Assembly (NCBI GenBank): GCA_036404915.1
Contig: DASWYO010000014.1
Location: forward strand, 7,155 to 71,154
Direction of reading: 5' to 3'
DNA length: 64,000 nt
DNA from: Lysobacteraceae bacterium
Lineage (GTDB): Bacteria; Pseudomonadota; Gammaproteobacteria; Xanthomonadales; Xanthomonadaceae
The notes beneath the pieces are model-generated. The model worked only from the letters and a program-made list of their open reading frames with translations. It ran no database searches and was not told where the DNA came from. This document shows positions 19,901 to 28,899 of the stretch, piece by piece (the first letter of the stretch is position 1; the number at the start of each line of letters is the position of its first letter). The translations under genes were made by a program, and so were the position numbers.

Positions 19901-20497
19901 GTCCAGGTCGCGCATCAGCACGCCGCTGACGATGTAGAGGATGATGAAGCCGAGCACGCCGACGTAGACCCAGAGCACGCTGCGGGTGAGGATCGCCAGC
20001 AGCGACAGCAGGGCCGCCATGAACACCAGGTTCGGCAGCACGATCACGCCGAGCGCCCACAGATGCGGCACGGCGGTAGCCGGACCGAGTCGCTGCGGCT
20101 CCAGCCAGGGCATGAACTGCGCGACGAACAGACCGAGCGCGATCAGTCCGTAGACGCACAGGCTGGCGAAGATCGCCGCCGCCATGCGTCCGCCGACGTA
20201 GTCGCGGCGACGGATCGGGCTGGCGAAGATCAGGTCGGCCATGCCCTGTTCGTGGTCGCGCAGCAGCGCGCCGTTCACCGCCATCGCGACGAACAGCATG
20301 CCGAACAGCGAGAAGATGCTCAGGTACTGGACGATCACCACGGGCGCGTTGCGGTGGACATTGCCGATGGCGCCGCCGATCTGCACGGCATCGGTGGTCA
20401 GGCCGAAGAAGCCCAGTGCGGCGAACAGCCCGCCCATCAGCCACAGCAACGGAGACCTGAGCTGCTGGCGCAGCTCGAACCGGAAGAATTCGAACAT
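16913..20497 (-). CDS. ABC-2-type permease fused to an M1-family aminopeptidase domain
   Basis: Two permease repeats with many TM helices, then HEIAHQWW-x-SESLSQY and YEKG M1 motifs. Confidence 0.92.
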   Translation of the reverse strand: MFEFFRFELRQQLRSPLLWLMGGLFAALGFFGLTTDAVQIGGAIGNVHRNAPVVIVQYLSIFSLFGMLFVAMAVNGALLRDHEQGMADLIFASPIRRRDYVGGRMAAAIFASLCVYGLIALGLFVAQFMPWLEPQRLGPATAVPHLWALGVIVLPNLVFMAALLSLLAILTRSVLWVYVGVLGFIILYIVSGVLMRDLDNVWAAVLAEPLGIRAFSRTIRYWAAEQRNTEVPAIAGYILANRALWLGIGLVLAGACFALFRTERTGTGRGLRRARKMTAPVAEAVPTLRALNLPRATPAFGTGTAITQFFRQLRFDTLAVFRGVPFIVMLLFALANFIPSAIFAETLYETPIHPVTSQMLEALQGAYNFMLVIIVLFYAGELVGKERAAKIHEVTDAMPVPNWVPLSAKFGALVAVIFSFQLVGCIAAIVIQSLKGHAQLELAVYAQALLLDSIGFVLMAGLALCLQVFTNNKYAGYGLLILVLILQAVLGALDFTHNLYSYAGSPGAPYSDMNGYGHFLGAKLWFQGYWGLFLLVLLLLSAALWVRGTSGGGRERLRVAKARMRGPLGAATALAVLAFAATGGWLYWNTNVRNDFLSPDDTLDLQARYEREYKRYQSLPQPKIVATEVEVDLRPETLTMTAKGTYRVRNPHATPIVDLHISMGEDDTLKSIDVGGAELVKHDEDMGYRIYRLKQPIAPGAERRIAWEVRIEPNGITNSIARTGIVENGSFFNNTAFPSFGYNENAEITDRNERRKRGLGEPRRMPKLENEAARASNYLTDDADWIDFKTTICTAPDQIALSPGYLQEEFTREGRRCFRYAMDRPILNFYSYLSARWQVKKGMYKGIPIEIYHDAKHPYNVDRMIEAVQKSLAYFESNFTPYQHKQVRIIEFPRYASFAQSFPNTIPYSESIGFIADIRDKDAIDYVFYVTAHEIAHQWWAHQVIGANMQGATVLSESLSQYSALMVMEKEYGRQKMRRFLKNELDGYLSGRGGELLEELPLYRVENQQYIHYEKGSLVFYRLREEMGEAALNRALKRFLQDKGYQQPPYTTSKELLGYIRAEAGPQHETLIADLFEKISFYDNRVEEATAKKRADGKYEVVLDLHAAKRYADGKGKETAGKLDDWIEVGVFARGPTGKEEDEKPLYLKRHRITAESPKLTVVVDAEPYEAGFDPYNKLIDRVSSDNRKRVTLQ

Positions 20498-20507
20498 GGC
20501 GATCTCC

Positions 20508-21401
20508 TCAGGCGGCCTTGGCGTGCTGGCGCAGGCGCTGGAAGTACACGTCTTCCAGGTCCGGGGCCACGCGCTCGAAGCCGTCGCCCGGCGGGACGTC
20601 GCTGTGGATGTGGATCACCGGTTCGCCGCCGACCAGGCGCGTCGACAGCAGCGTGAAGTTCTTTTCGTAATGCGGCAGCGTTTCCTTCGCCGTCGTCTTC
20701 TTCCAGATGCGACCTTCCAGTTCGCCGATGGCATCGGCGGGCTTGCCGGTCAGCAGCACCTTGCCCTTGTTCATGATCGCCATGCTCGGGCACAGGTCGG
20801 TCACGTCCTGGACGATGTGCGTGGACAGGATCACCGCGACGTTCTCGCCGATCTCGGCGAGCAGGTTGAGGAAGCGGTTGCGTTCTTCCGGATCGAGGCC
20901 GGCGGTGGGCTCGTCGACGATCACCAGGCGTGGGCTGCCCAGCAGCGCCTGTGCGATGCCGAAGCGCTGGCGCATGCCGCCGGAAAACCCGCCGAGATGG
21001 CGTTTGCGTGCGTCCCACAGGTTGACCTGCTGCAGCAGGCCGTCGACGACTTCGCGCCGCTGCTTGCGGTCGGTCAGCCCCTTGAGCACGGCGAAGTGTT
21101 CGAGCAGGTCCAGCGCGCTGACCTTGGGATACACACCGAAGTCCTGCGGCAGGTAGCCGAGCTGGCGGCGCACCGCGTCCTTGTCGCGCAGCACGTCGAT
21201 CTGGCCACCCTTGCCGTCGTCGAAGGTCGCGCTGCCGCTGTCGGCTTCCTGCAGGGTCGCGAGCGTGCGCATCAACGAGGATTTGCCGGCGCCGTTCGGG
21301 CCGAGCAGGCCGAACATCCCGCGCGGGATGTCGAGCGTGACGTGGTCGAGCGCGCGCACGCCGTTGGCGTAGGTCTTGCTCAGTTCGCGAATGGACAGCA
21401 T
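20508..21401 (-). CDS. ABC transporter ATP-binding protein
   Basis: GPNGAGKS, FSGGMRQR, IVDEPTAGLDP, STH. Confidence 0.95.
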   Translation of the reverse strand: MLSIRELSKTYANGVRALDHVTLDIPRGMFGLLGPNGAGKSSLMRTLATLQEADSGSATFDDGKGGQIDVLRDKDAVRRQLGYLPQDFGVYPKVSALDLLEHFAVLKGLTDRKQRREVVDGLLQQVNLWDARKRHLGGFSGGMRQRFGIAQALLGSPRLVIVDEPTAGLDPEERNRFLNLLAEIGENVAVILSTHIVQDVTDLCPSMAIMNKGKVLLTGKPADAIGELEGRIWKKTTAKETLPHYEKNFTLLSTRLVGGEPVIHIHSDVPPGDGFERVAPDLEDVYFQRLRQHAKAA

Positions 21402-21548
21402 GTGAACCCCCGATCCCTGGGCCCGCGACGCGCGGACCGACCGGCGGATGCTAGAGGAACGCCGGATCGCATGGCGCCGGCCGATGGTCATCGGGTCGAA
21501 AGTCACGCATGACTTGCGGCCCATGCCCGTATCGCCCACAGGGTCTTC

Positions 21549-21634
21549 GTAGAACGGAGCACAGCTCCGCTGCCCCGTCGCTGCAACCGACGCGGCTTCC
21601 GGAGAGTGGGTAGCGGAGCTGCGCTCCGCTCTAC
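21549..21634. repeat. GTAG-type REP doublet (family A, diverged)
   Basis: GTAGAACGGAGCACAGCTCCGCT (21549-21571) with inverted AGCGGAGCTGCGCTCCGCTCTAC (21612-21634). Confidence 0.8.
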
Positions 21635-21675
21635 AACAGCCCGGCTTGGCAGCGGTACCGGTGCAGCGCCAACGC

Positions 21676-23055
21676 TCAGGGCTTGGCGCTGGTCGCCAGC
21701 GGCTTCGCGGCGGTGTTCTTGAGCACGCCCAGCGCGGCGGTGATCGGCGCGTCGCCGTCGAGCACATCGCCCACGCCCTGCCCTGCGGTTTCCTGGTCGC
21801 CACGCAGGTGGCCGGGCAGCGCGGATTCGGAATAGTTGCCCGCGCTGCGCGCGCCTTCGGGCTTGAGCACGACATCCGGTTCGATGCCGCGCGCCTGGAT
21901 GGAACGGCCACTCGGCGTGAAATAGCGCGCGGTGGTGAGCTTGACCGCATCGCCGTTGTCCAGCGGCAGCACGGTCTGCACCGAGCCCTTGCCGAAGGTG
22001 CGGCTGCCGACCACGCGCGCGCGGCCGTTGTCGCGCAGCGCGGCGGCCAGCACCTCGGATGCGCTGGCCGAACCGGCATCCACCAGCACGACCACGGGCG
22101 CACCGCGCAGGCGGTCGCCGGCGGTGGCATTGAACATGGTGTCGGCGACCGGGTTGCGGCCGCGCGTGCTGACGATGCCACCCTTGTCGAGCAGTTCGTC
22201 GGCGATCTGCACGGCGGCCGTGAGCAGGCCGCCGGGGTTGCTGCGCAGGTCCAGCACCAGGCCGCGCAGGCGCTTGTCGGCACCGGCCTGCGCGGACAGC
22301 TCGTCGACCTGGCGCACGAAGTCGTTGGCGGTATCGGCCTGGAAGGCGCTGATGCGGATGTAGCCATAGCCCGGTTCGAGCATGCGTCCGCGCACGCTGC
22401 TGATGCGGATGGTCTCGCGCTTGACGGTGATGTCGAGCGGCTTGGCCTGGCCTTCGCGCTGCACGGTCAGCACGGTGCTGCTGCCGGGATCGCCGCGCAG
22501 CGGGTTGTCGCCCAGCGATTCGGACGTGAGCGGCTTGCCGTCGACGGCGATGATCAGGTCGCCGGGCTTCACGCCCGCGCGCGCGGCCGGCGTGTCGTCG
22601 ATCGGAGCGATCACCAGGATCGTGCCGTCGGGCTGCACCTGCACGTCGACGCCGATGCCGTCGTAGGCGCCGCTGCTGTCTTCCTCGAGGGATTGCGCAT
22701 CGCTGCGGACGAGATAGGCGCTGTGCGGATCGAGGTCGAGCAGCAGGCCACGGATCGCCGACTGCATCAGCTTGCGGTCGTCCACCGGTTCGACGTACGC
22801 CTGCTTGACCGTGTTGTAGACGGTGACGTAGCGACGGATCTCTTCCAGCGGCACCTGGCTCTCGGGCTTGGCGCCGGCCTGTTTGCTGTCTGCCGACTTG
22901 CCGTCGGCGGCCTTCGCGCCACCGGACGGCGCGGGATCCTGCGCCTGCACGGCCACGCTCGCGGCCAGCAGCGCCACGAGCCACGCGGCCAGCGACCTGG
23001 GGCGGGCGGCGGCGATGCGCGGGCGGGACGGGATCGCGAACGGGATTGACGACAT
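21676..23055 (-). CDS. ctpA: Carboxyl-terminal processing protease, S41 family
   Basis: LDPHSAYL, PDZ domain, DLRSNPGG, SASASE, TFGKGSVQ. Confidence 0.93.
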   Translation of the reverse strand: MSSIPFAIPSRPRIAAARPRSLAAWLVALLAASVAVQAQDPAPSGGAKAADGKSADSKQAGAKPESQVPLEEIRRYVTVYNTVKQAYVEPVDDRKLMQSAIRGLLLDLDPHSAYLVRSDAQSLEEDSSGAYDGIGVDVQVQPDGTILVIAPIDDTPAARAGVKPGDLIIAVDGKPLTSESLGDNPLRGDPGSSTVLTVQREGQAKPLDITVKRETIRISSVRGRMLEPGYGYIRISAFQADTANDFVRQVDELSAQAGADKRLRGLVLDLRSNPGGLLTAAVQIADELLDKGGIVSTRGRNPVADTMFNATAGDRLRGAPVVVLVDAGSASASEVLAAALRDNGRARVVGSRTFGKGSVQTVLPLDNGDAVKLTTARYFTPSGRSIQARGIEPDVVLKPEGARSAGNYSESALPGHLRGDQETAGQGVGDVLDGDAPITAALGVLKNTAAKPLATSAKP

Positions 23056-23336
23056 GCGGACTCCGGCTGGCTGGTTCGATCTGACGGGCCCGGCGACGCC
23101 GGACCCGCACCGGGTCAGACCCGGATCGAAGGCCGCAAGTTCGGGCCGCGTGCTTCGGACTGCACGCCTGGGACCGCGCGTGTTCGGTGCGCCACCGGGC
23201 GGCGATGTCGCCCGGCGCGTCCTTCGACGGGTCAGATTACCAGACCGTTCCCGGCGTCGAGCACCTTGCGCCCGGCCATGGCCAGGCTGGCACGGCGGGC
23301 GATCGCATACGGAAGGACCGGATCCGGAACCTGCGA

Positions 23337-23750
23337 TCAGTGCCGGTCGTCGAGACGCCGGCCGATGTCCTGCGCGCAGGCGCGTGCCGCCCACAGCACG
23401 GAGCCCAGCACGCTGTCCTGCTCGCACAGCACGGTCAGCAGCAGGCGCCGCCGCCGCGTCGGCACGCTGAGCATCAGCAGGCGTCCGGCTTCGGCCTCGA
23501 TCACCACGTTCAGGCAGGCACCCGCCCCCGTTTCGCCGCACAGGGCTTCGCCCAGCGCCAGCTGCGAACTGGTCATCGCCGACAGGCGCTCCGCAGTGAG
23601 CGGCGGGCGCAGCCGCGATGCCACCTCGAACCCGTCCACGGTGCACACCAGCACGCCGATCACGCCGGGGACGGTCGACAGCAGCTGTTCGACATGTTTC
23701 TGGCACATCGCGCGCTCGGTGCGCCCGAGCACGGCCATCGTCTCGCTCAT
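23337..23750 (-). CDS. Roadblock/LC7 protein (MglB-like)
   Basis: VPGVIGVLVCTVDGFEVAS...RLSAMTSSQLALGE...VVIEAEAG...LGSVLW. Confidence 0.88.
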   Translation of the reverse strand: MSETMAVLGRTERAMCQKHVEQLLSTVPGVIGVLVCTVDGFEVASRLRPPLTAERLSAMTSSQLALGEALCGETGAGACLNVVIEAEAGRLLMLSVPTRRRRLLLTVLCEQDSVLGSVLWAARACAQDIGRRLDDRH

Positions 23751-24340
23751 GCCATCCCCCCTTCGCTGTCCTCGAATGCCGGCGCCTGTGCTTCGACCTG
23801 GTGGAACAGGATGTCGAGCAGCAGCAGGACATCCTCGCGGCGGCGCACGTCGACCGAGAGGATCGGCACCTGCAACCCCAGCGACTCGGCCACCTCATGG
23901 AACTGCGCGATGTCCGGCGAGGGATGCGACTCGGCGCGACCGATGCCGACCACGGCGCGCGCGCCACGCGCCACATCGGCGAAGGCACCCAGATAGGTGC
24001 GCAGGTCGTCGAGCGGATCGGGCCGGCTGTTGTCCACCAGCACTACCACGCCCAGCGCGCCGCGACCGAGGATCTTCCACATGAAATCGAAGCGCGTCTG
24101 GCCCGGCGTGCCGTAGAGCCGGAGGCGGTCGCCGCCGTCGAGGGTCAGCTCGCCGTAGTCCATCGCGGCCGTGGTGGTGGCTTTGTCGAAGGTGGCGGTG
24201 TCGGTGTTGGCGACATCGGTGCGCACCGGCGTGATCTGGCTGATCGCGGCGATGGCGGTGGTCTTGCCAGCGCCCATGCTGCCGGTGAACAGGAGTTTGT
24301 ATTCGCGCGGCTGGCCCATGCGTTCGTTCTCCATGCTCAT
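23747..24340 (-). CDS. Small Ras-like GTPase (MglA / ATP_bind_1 family)
   Basis: KLLFTGSMGAGKTT, TTTAAMDYG, LYGTPGQTRFDFMW; start could also be 24334 or 24319. Confidence 0.9.
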   Translation of the reverse strand: MSMENERMGQPREYKLLFTGSMGAGKTTAIAAISQITPVRTDVANTDTATFDKATTTAAMDYGELTLDGGDRLRLYGTPGQTRFDFMWKILGRGALGVVVLVDNSRPDPLDDLRTYLGAFADVARGARAVVGIGRAESHPSPDIAQFHEVAESLGLQVPILSVDVRRREDVLLLLDILFHQVEAQAPAFEDSEGGMA

Positions 24341-24353
24341 GCGTCGGTGCTGA

Positions 24354-24394
24354 TGCGCGGACTCACGCGCAGGTTCACGCGCGGACTCATGCGC
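24354..24394. repeat. 12-bp tandem repeat (about 3.5 units)
   Basis: TGCGCGGACTCA-CGCGCAGGTTCA-CGCGCGGACTCA-TGCGC. Confidence 0.7.
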
Positions 24395-25517
24395 CAATTC
24401 CCAGCGCATCGCGCAGGCGCCGGAACAGGCCCGAGACCCGGTGCGGCGGCTCCGGCGTTGGCGCGGGCGCGGCGCCGGCCTCGACATCGAGCAGGCCGCA
24501 CAGCCCGCAGGCGTTGAGGAAGGCACGGACGTCGGCGGGATTCTGGCCGCTGGCGCGCGCCAGGTCGTCCACGGTCCACGCGGTGCGGCTCATGTGCGCG
24601 GCGATCGCGAAATGCGGACGATGCGCACCGAGGTGGCCGAAATCGGGCCAGCGCCGCAGCCGCACGCGGACATCGTGGCGAGCCCAGGGCAAGGTGCCGC
24701 GCGGCGGCATGTGCAGGCCGATGCGCCACAGCAGCGGATCCAGCGGCTTCTGGTGGCCCACGTGGCGCGCGCTGACCGCCTCGGCCGGGCCCAGTCGCCG
24801 CCCCGGCCCCACCTGCACGCTCACGCCCATCGCCATCAGCATGTCGGTGCTGGCATCGCCGTCGTATCGGTAGGCGCGTTCCGGAAAGAACAGGTCGAAC
24901 GCGCGGCTGCCCCATTCGAAGCGCCACACGCCGCCTTCCGCGTCGTTGCGCATGCGGTCCTGGGCGGCGCACACCGCATCGATGAAGTCGCGGCCGAAAT
25001 CGACCACTTCGCCCCGATCGATGTCCATCGCCACGCCTTCGGGCGCCGTCGGGTCGATCAGGGTCACCACCGGCACGGCAGGTGCGCTGACATCCATCAC
25101 GGGCAGCACGCTGCCCGCAACGGCATCCGTCACGGCCTCTCCGGCCGGGCCATGGTCTCGTGCATCGTCGGTGCCGGCTGCGACATGGACCGCAGCATCG
25201 GTCATCTCGATGCGGTCGAGCACGTCCTGCAGGCGCGTCGCATCCAGCGGCAGCGCGACGCGATGCGGCCACGGCAGTTCTTCGCTGCCCTCGCCCAGCG
25301 CGATGCAGACCGGCACGCCCGGCCTGTGGCGATGGTGCAAGTACACGCGCGCAAGCGCCGAGCGCGGCTCGCAGAAGGCGACATCGGCATCGATCGCATC
25401 GAGGAAGCTCCAGTGCGCGAGCGTCTGGTCCGTCACCAGGGCCAGCAGACGCCTGAGCTCGGCTTCTTCCCTCGCGGGCAAGCCCATCGCGGTCACGGTC
25501 CGTTCCCGACGTCCCAT
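24387..25517 (-). CDS. MglA/B-associated hypothetical protein (receiver-like N-terminus, winged-helix-like C-terminus)
   Basis: GGAGG RBS; LDPLLW, VRLRRWPDF, TVDDLARASG..ADVRAFLNAC; amphipathic tail SGLFRRLRDALGI. Confidence 0.75.
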   Translation of the reverse strand: MGRRERTVTAMGLPAREEAELRRLLALVTDQTLAHWSFLDAIDADVAFCEPRSALARVYLHHRHRPGVPVCIALGEGSEELPWPHRVALPLDATRLQDVLDRIEMTDAAVHVAAGTDDARDHGPAGEAVTDAVAGSVLPVMDVSAPAVPVVTLIDPTAPEGVAMDIDRGEVVDFGRDFIDAVCAAQDRMRNDAEGGVWRFEWGSRAFDLFFPERAYRYDGDASTDMLMAMGVSVQVGPGRRLGPAEAVSARHVGHQKPLDPLLWRIGLHMPPRGTLPWARHDVRVRLRRWPDFGHLGAHRPHFAIAAHMSRTAWTVDDLARASGQNPADVRAFLNACGLCGLLDVEAGAAPAPTPEPPHRVSGLFRRLRDALGIGA

Positions 25518-25980
25518 TCGAGCCTCCTGACCTGTACCGGCCGAACCGGACGCAACGCAACCGCGCGACCGCGCGACCGCGAACGGACGCGGAACTGCGG
25601 TGTCGCATCTGCGACCGGTGCCTCGCCCGCGACCCGCCGCGCGAGGATTCGCGCGGGCGCCCCTGTCCACCGCGGACTGCGAAGCCCGGAAAGGATCAGC
25701 GCGAACGATGGCTGGGGTCTATCTAAGCGCGCGTCGCGAATGCGTCACAACATGTCATTTCTGACAGTGATGCAGCGCGCCGGACTCATGGAAGATGCGA
25801 TTTTGCGCATGGCGCGTATCCATCGAGCAGCGCTATTGCAATCGCGGCTCCGAACGAAGCAGCCTATATCTGCACGCAACCAACAACGCCCCCGGCACGC
25901 CATCGGCGCCGCATCCTCGATCACAGGCCATGGGCACTCCGGCATCGAAGCCTCTCGCCCGCCCCCGTCTCAGGCAGGCA

Positions 25981-27234
25981 TCAACGCCGTCCGATCCACA
26001 CCGCAGGGTCCACCGGCTGGCCATTGCGGCGCAGCTCGAAATACAGCGCCGGCTGCGCCAGTCCGCCCGAATTGCCGACGCGCGCGACGGCATCGCCGCG
26101 CTTGACCAGCGCACCGACGTCCTTGAGCAGGGATTCGTTGTGCGCGTACAGGCTGAGGTAGCCGTTGCCGTGGTCGACGATCAGGATCAGGCCGTAGCCG
26201 GTCATCCATTCGGCGAAGACGACGCTGCCATCGGCGACCGCGCGCACCGGGCTGCCGAGGCCGGCGGAAATCAGCAGGCCGTGGCTGGCGCGGCCATCGG
26301 GCATGCGCCCGCCGTATCCGGCCAGCAAGCCGCCCGAGAGCGGCCAGCCGGCACCGCCGACGCGCACCGGCGCCGCACTGGCGAGCTGGCGCGGCGGCTT
26401 GCGTTCGGTCGGCGTGCGCGGGCCCTGTTTCGTGCCTGCGGTGTCGCGCGACTTCGCAGCGCGCGCCTTCTCCGCGCGTTCCGCCGCCACGCGTTCGGCA
26501 GCGGCCTTCGCAGCGGCGGCACGCAAGCGCGCGACCACAGATTGCAATGCCTTGGCATCGCTGCCCAGCGCGTCTTCGCGCGCCTGGCGGTCGCGATAGC
26601 GTTGTTCCAGTTCGGTCAGAGTGACCGCGCGCGCCTTGCGATCGCGGTCGAGATTCGCCAGCTGCACGCGCTGCTGCGCGCGCGCCGTATCCAGCGCAGT
26701 CCGTCGCGCGAGGATCTGCGCTTCGACACGGTCCAGTTCCTGCAGTTCCGCAGTCAGCGCCGCCGCGCGCTGCACGCGCTGGCGCTGCAGGTAACCGTAG
26801 TACGCGAGCTGCCGCTGGCTGTCGGCGACGCGATCCTGCGCCAGCGCCAGCTTCAGCGGTGCGTGATCGCCCTGCGCATAGGCTGCGCGCAGCAGCGTGG
26901 CCAGTTCGCGACGCTGTGCGGCGTGCTGGCCGCGCAGGTCGTCGCGGCGCTCGAGCAGTTGTTCGTAGGCCGCCTGTTCGCGCACCAGCTGCGCTTCGGC
27001 ATCGTGCAGGGCACGACTGGACGTGGCGACGCGTTCGTCGACCGCGCGCAGTTCGCGACTGGCCGCGCCGCGCTGGCCTTCCAGCCGGCGGCGTTCGGCC
27101 GCGACTTCGTTCAGCTCGCGCCGGACCTTGTCGAGCTGGCGCTGCGCTTCCGGCCCGGACTGGCGCGCGGCCAAGGGCGCGGCGAGCGCGAGCAGCAGCG
27201 CAGCGATGAACCAGCGGAGCACGAGCGGCGTCAT
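25981..27234 (-). CDS. envC: Murein hydrolase activator EnvC (coiled coil plus degenerate M23)
   Basis: Signal peptide, long coiled coil, WPLSG...GYGLILIVDHG...SLYAHN...LYFELR. Confidence 0.92.
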   Translation of the reverse strand: MTPLVLRWFIAALLLALAAPLAARQSGPEAQRQLDKVRRELNEVAAERRRLEGQRGAASRELRAVDERVATSSRALHDAEAQLVREQAAYEQLLERRDDLRGQHAAQRRELATLLRAAYAQGDHAPLKLALAQDRVADSQRQLAYYGYLQRQRVQRAAALTAELQELDRVEAQILARRTALDTARAQQRVQLANLDRDRKARAVTLTELEQRYRDRQAREDALGSDAKALQSVVARLRAAAAKAAAERVAAERAEKARAAKSRDTAGTKQGPRTPTERKPPRQLASAAPVRVGGAGWPLSGGLLAGYGGRMPDGRASHGLLISAGLGSPVRAVADGSVVFAEWMTGYGLILIVDHGNGYLSLYAHNESLLKDVGALVKRGDAVARVGNSGGLAQPALYFELRRNGQPVDPAVWIGRR

Positions 27235-27244
27235 GCCGAGGCCG

Positions 27245-28798
27245 TCAGCCGGCGACCAGCAGCGAACGGCCGCTCATGTCCGCCGGGGGATCGATGCCGA
27301 GCAGGTCGAGGATGGTCGGCGCCACGTCGCGCAGCGCGCCGCCCGCGCGCAGGCCCGCCGCACGTGGACCGACATAGACGAACGGCACGGGACCGACGGT
27401 GTGGGCGGTGTGCGGCTGGCCCGTCTCGGGGTCACGCATCATTTCCAGGTTGCCGTGGTCGGCGGTGATCAGCAGTGCCCCACCGGCGGCGCGCACGGCC
27501 GCTTCGACCGCGCCGATCGCCACGTCCACCGCTTCCGCGGCCTGGATCGCGGCCTGCAGGTCGCCGGTATGGCCGACCATGTCCGGATTGGCGATGTTGC
27601 AGATGGCCACATCGATGCGGCCCGAGGCGATCGCATCGACCAGCCTCGCGGTGACTTCCGGGCAGCTCATTTCCGGCTGAAGGTCGTAGGTGGCGACCTT
27701 CGGGCTGGGCACGAGGATGCGTTCCTCGCCCGGGTAGAGGTCTTCGCGTCCGCCACTGAAGAAAAAGGTGACGTGGGCATATTTCTCGGTCTCGGCGATC
27801 CGCAGCTGGGTCAGGCCACGCGCCGCCAGCACTTCGCCGAGCGTGTTGCGCAGCTCGTCCGGCGGATAGGCCACCGACGCCGGCAGCTTCGCGTCGTACT
27901 CGCTGAGGCAGACGAAGCGCGACAGCACCGGGCGACGCGTCGCGAAGCCGTCGAAGCCCGGAGCGACGAAGGCGGCCGTGAGCTGGCGCGCGCGATCGGC
28001 GCGGAAATTCATGAAGACGATGGCATCGCCCTCGGCCATGGGGCGCGCGCTATCGAGGGTGGTCGGCGCGACGAATTCGTCGTTCTCGCCGCGCGCATAG
28101 GCCTCGGCCAGCGCAGACAGCGCATCGGCGGCACGCTGTTCGCCGCGCGCTTCGACGATGGCGTCCCACGCGCGCCGCATGCGATCCCAGCGCTGGTCGC
28201 GATCCATCGCGAAATAACGGCCGCCGACGCTGGCGACATGGGCATTGCCCAGCGCGTCGCACTTGGCCTGCAGCGCGCGCAGGCTGGGCTCGGCGGACTT
28301 CGGCGGCATGTCGCGGCCGTCGAGGAACGCATGCACCGCGACCCGGGCCACGCCCTCGCGCGCGGCGAGGTCGAGCATCGCGAAGATGTGCTGCTCGTGG
28401 CTGTGCACGCCGCCGGGCGACATCAGGCCCATGACGTGCAGGGTGCCGCCGGCCGCCTTCGCGGCGGCGCAGGCCGCGCGGAGTTCGGCGTTGGCGTAGA
28501 AGCTGCCGTCCTCGATCGCGGCATCGATGCGGGTCAGGTCCTGGTAGACGATGCGGCCGGCGCCGAGGTTCATGTGGCCGACTTCGGAATTGCCCATCTG
28601 TCCGTCCGGGAGGCCCACGTGGCGCCCCTCGGTGTGGATCAGGGTGCGCGGCGCGCCGTCCCACAGGCGACGCCAGTTCGGCAGGTTGGCCAGGGCCAAG
28701 GCGTTGTCGCTGGGATCCTCGCGGTAGCCCCAGCCGTCCAGGATCATCAGGACGACCGGCTTCGGGACCGGGGATTCGGAGCGGGCAACGTCGGGCAT
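27245..28798 (-). CDS. gpmI: 2,3-bisphosphoglycerate-independent phosphoglycerate mutase
   Basis: LMILDGWG, GQMGNSEVGH, AETEKYAHVTFF, NPDMVGHTG, TADHGN. Confidence 0.97.
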   Translation of the reverse strand: MPDVARSESPVPKPVVLMILDGWGYREDPSDNALALANLPNWRRLWDGAPRTLIHTEGRHVGLPDGQMGNSEVGHMNLGAGRIVYQDLTRIDAAIEDGSFYANAELRAACAAAKAAGGTLHVMGLMSPGGVHSHEQHIFAMLDLAAREGVARVAVHAFLDGRDMPPKSAEPSLRALQAKCDALGNAHVASVGGRYFAMDRDQRWDRMRRAWDAIVEARGEQRAADALSALAEAYARGENDEFVAPTTLDSARPMAEGDAIVFMNFRADRARQLTAAFVAPGFDGFATRRPVLSRFVCLSEYDAKLPASVAYPPDELRNTLGEVLAARGLTQLRIAETEKYAHVTFFFSGGREDLYPGEERILVPSPKVATYDLQPEMSCPEVTARLVDAIASGRIDVAICNIANPDMVGHTGDLQAAIQAAEAVDVAIGAVEAAVRAAGGALLITADHGNLEMMRDPETGQPHTAHTVGPVPFVYVGPRAAGLRAGGALRDVAPTILDLLGIDPPADMSGRSLLVAG

Positions 28799-28899
28799 GT
28801 GACCTTCGGGGCAGTGACTTCGGACAGATGCGATTGTAGCGAAGGCCCCGCATCCTAGGTCCCAACAGGCGCATCGCCCGTCCATCCGAGAGGTCCCCC

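Noticed and set aside
25730-25812. Possible CRP/Clp-type sites upstream of the GTPase module (ATGCG-N6-CGCAT; TCACA half-site)
   Set aside because: The matches are too short and degenerate to support without footprinting
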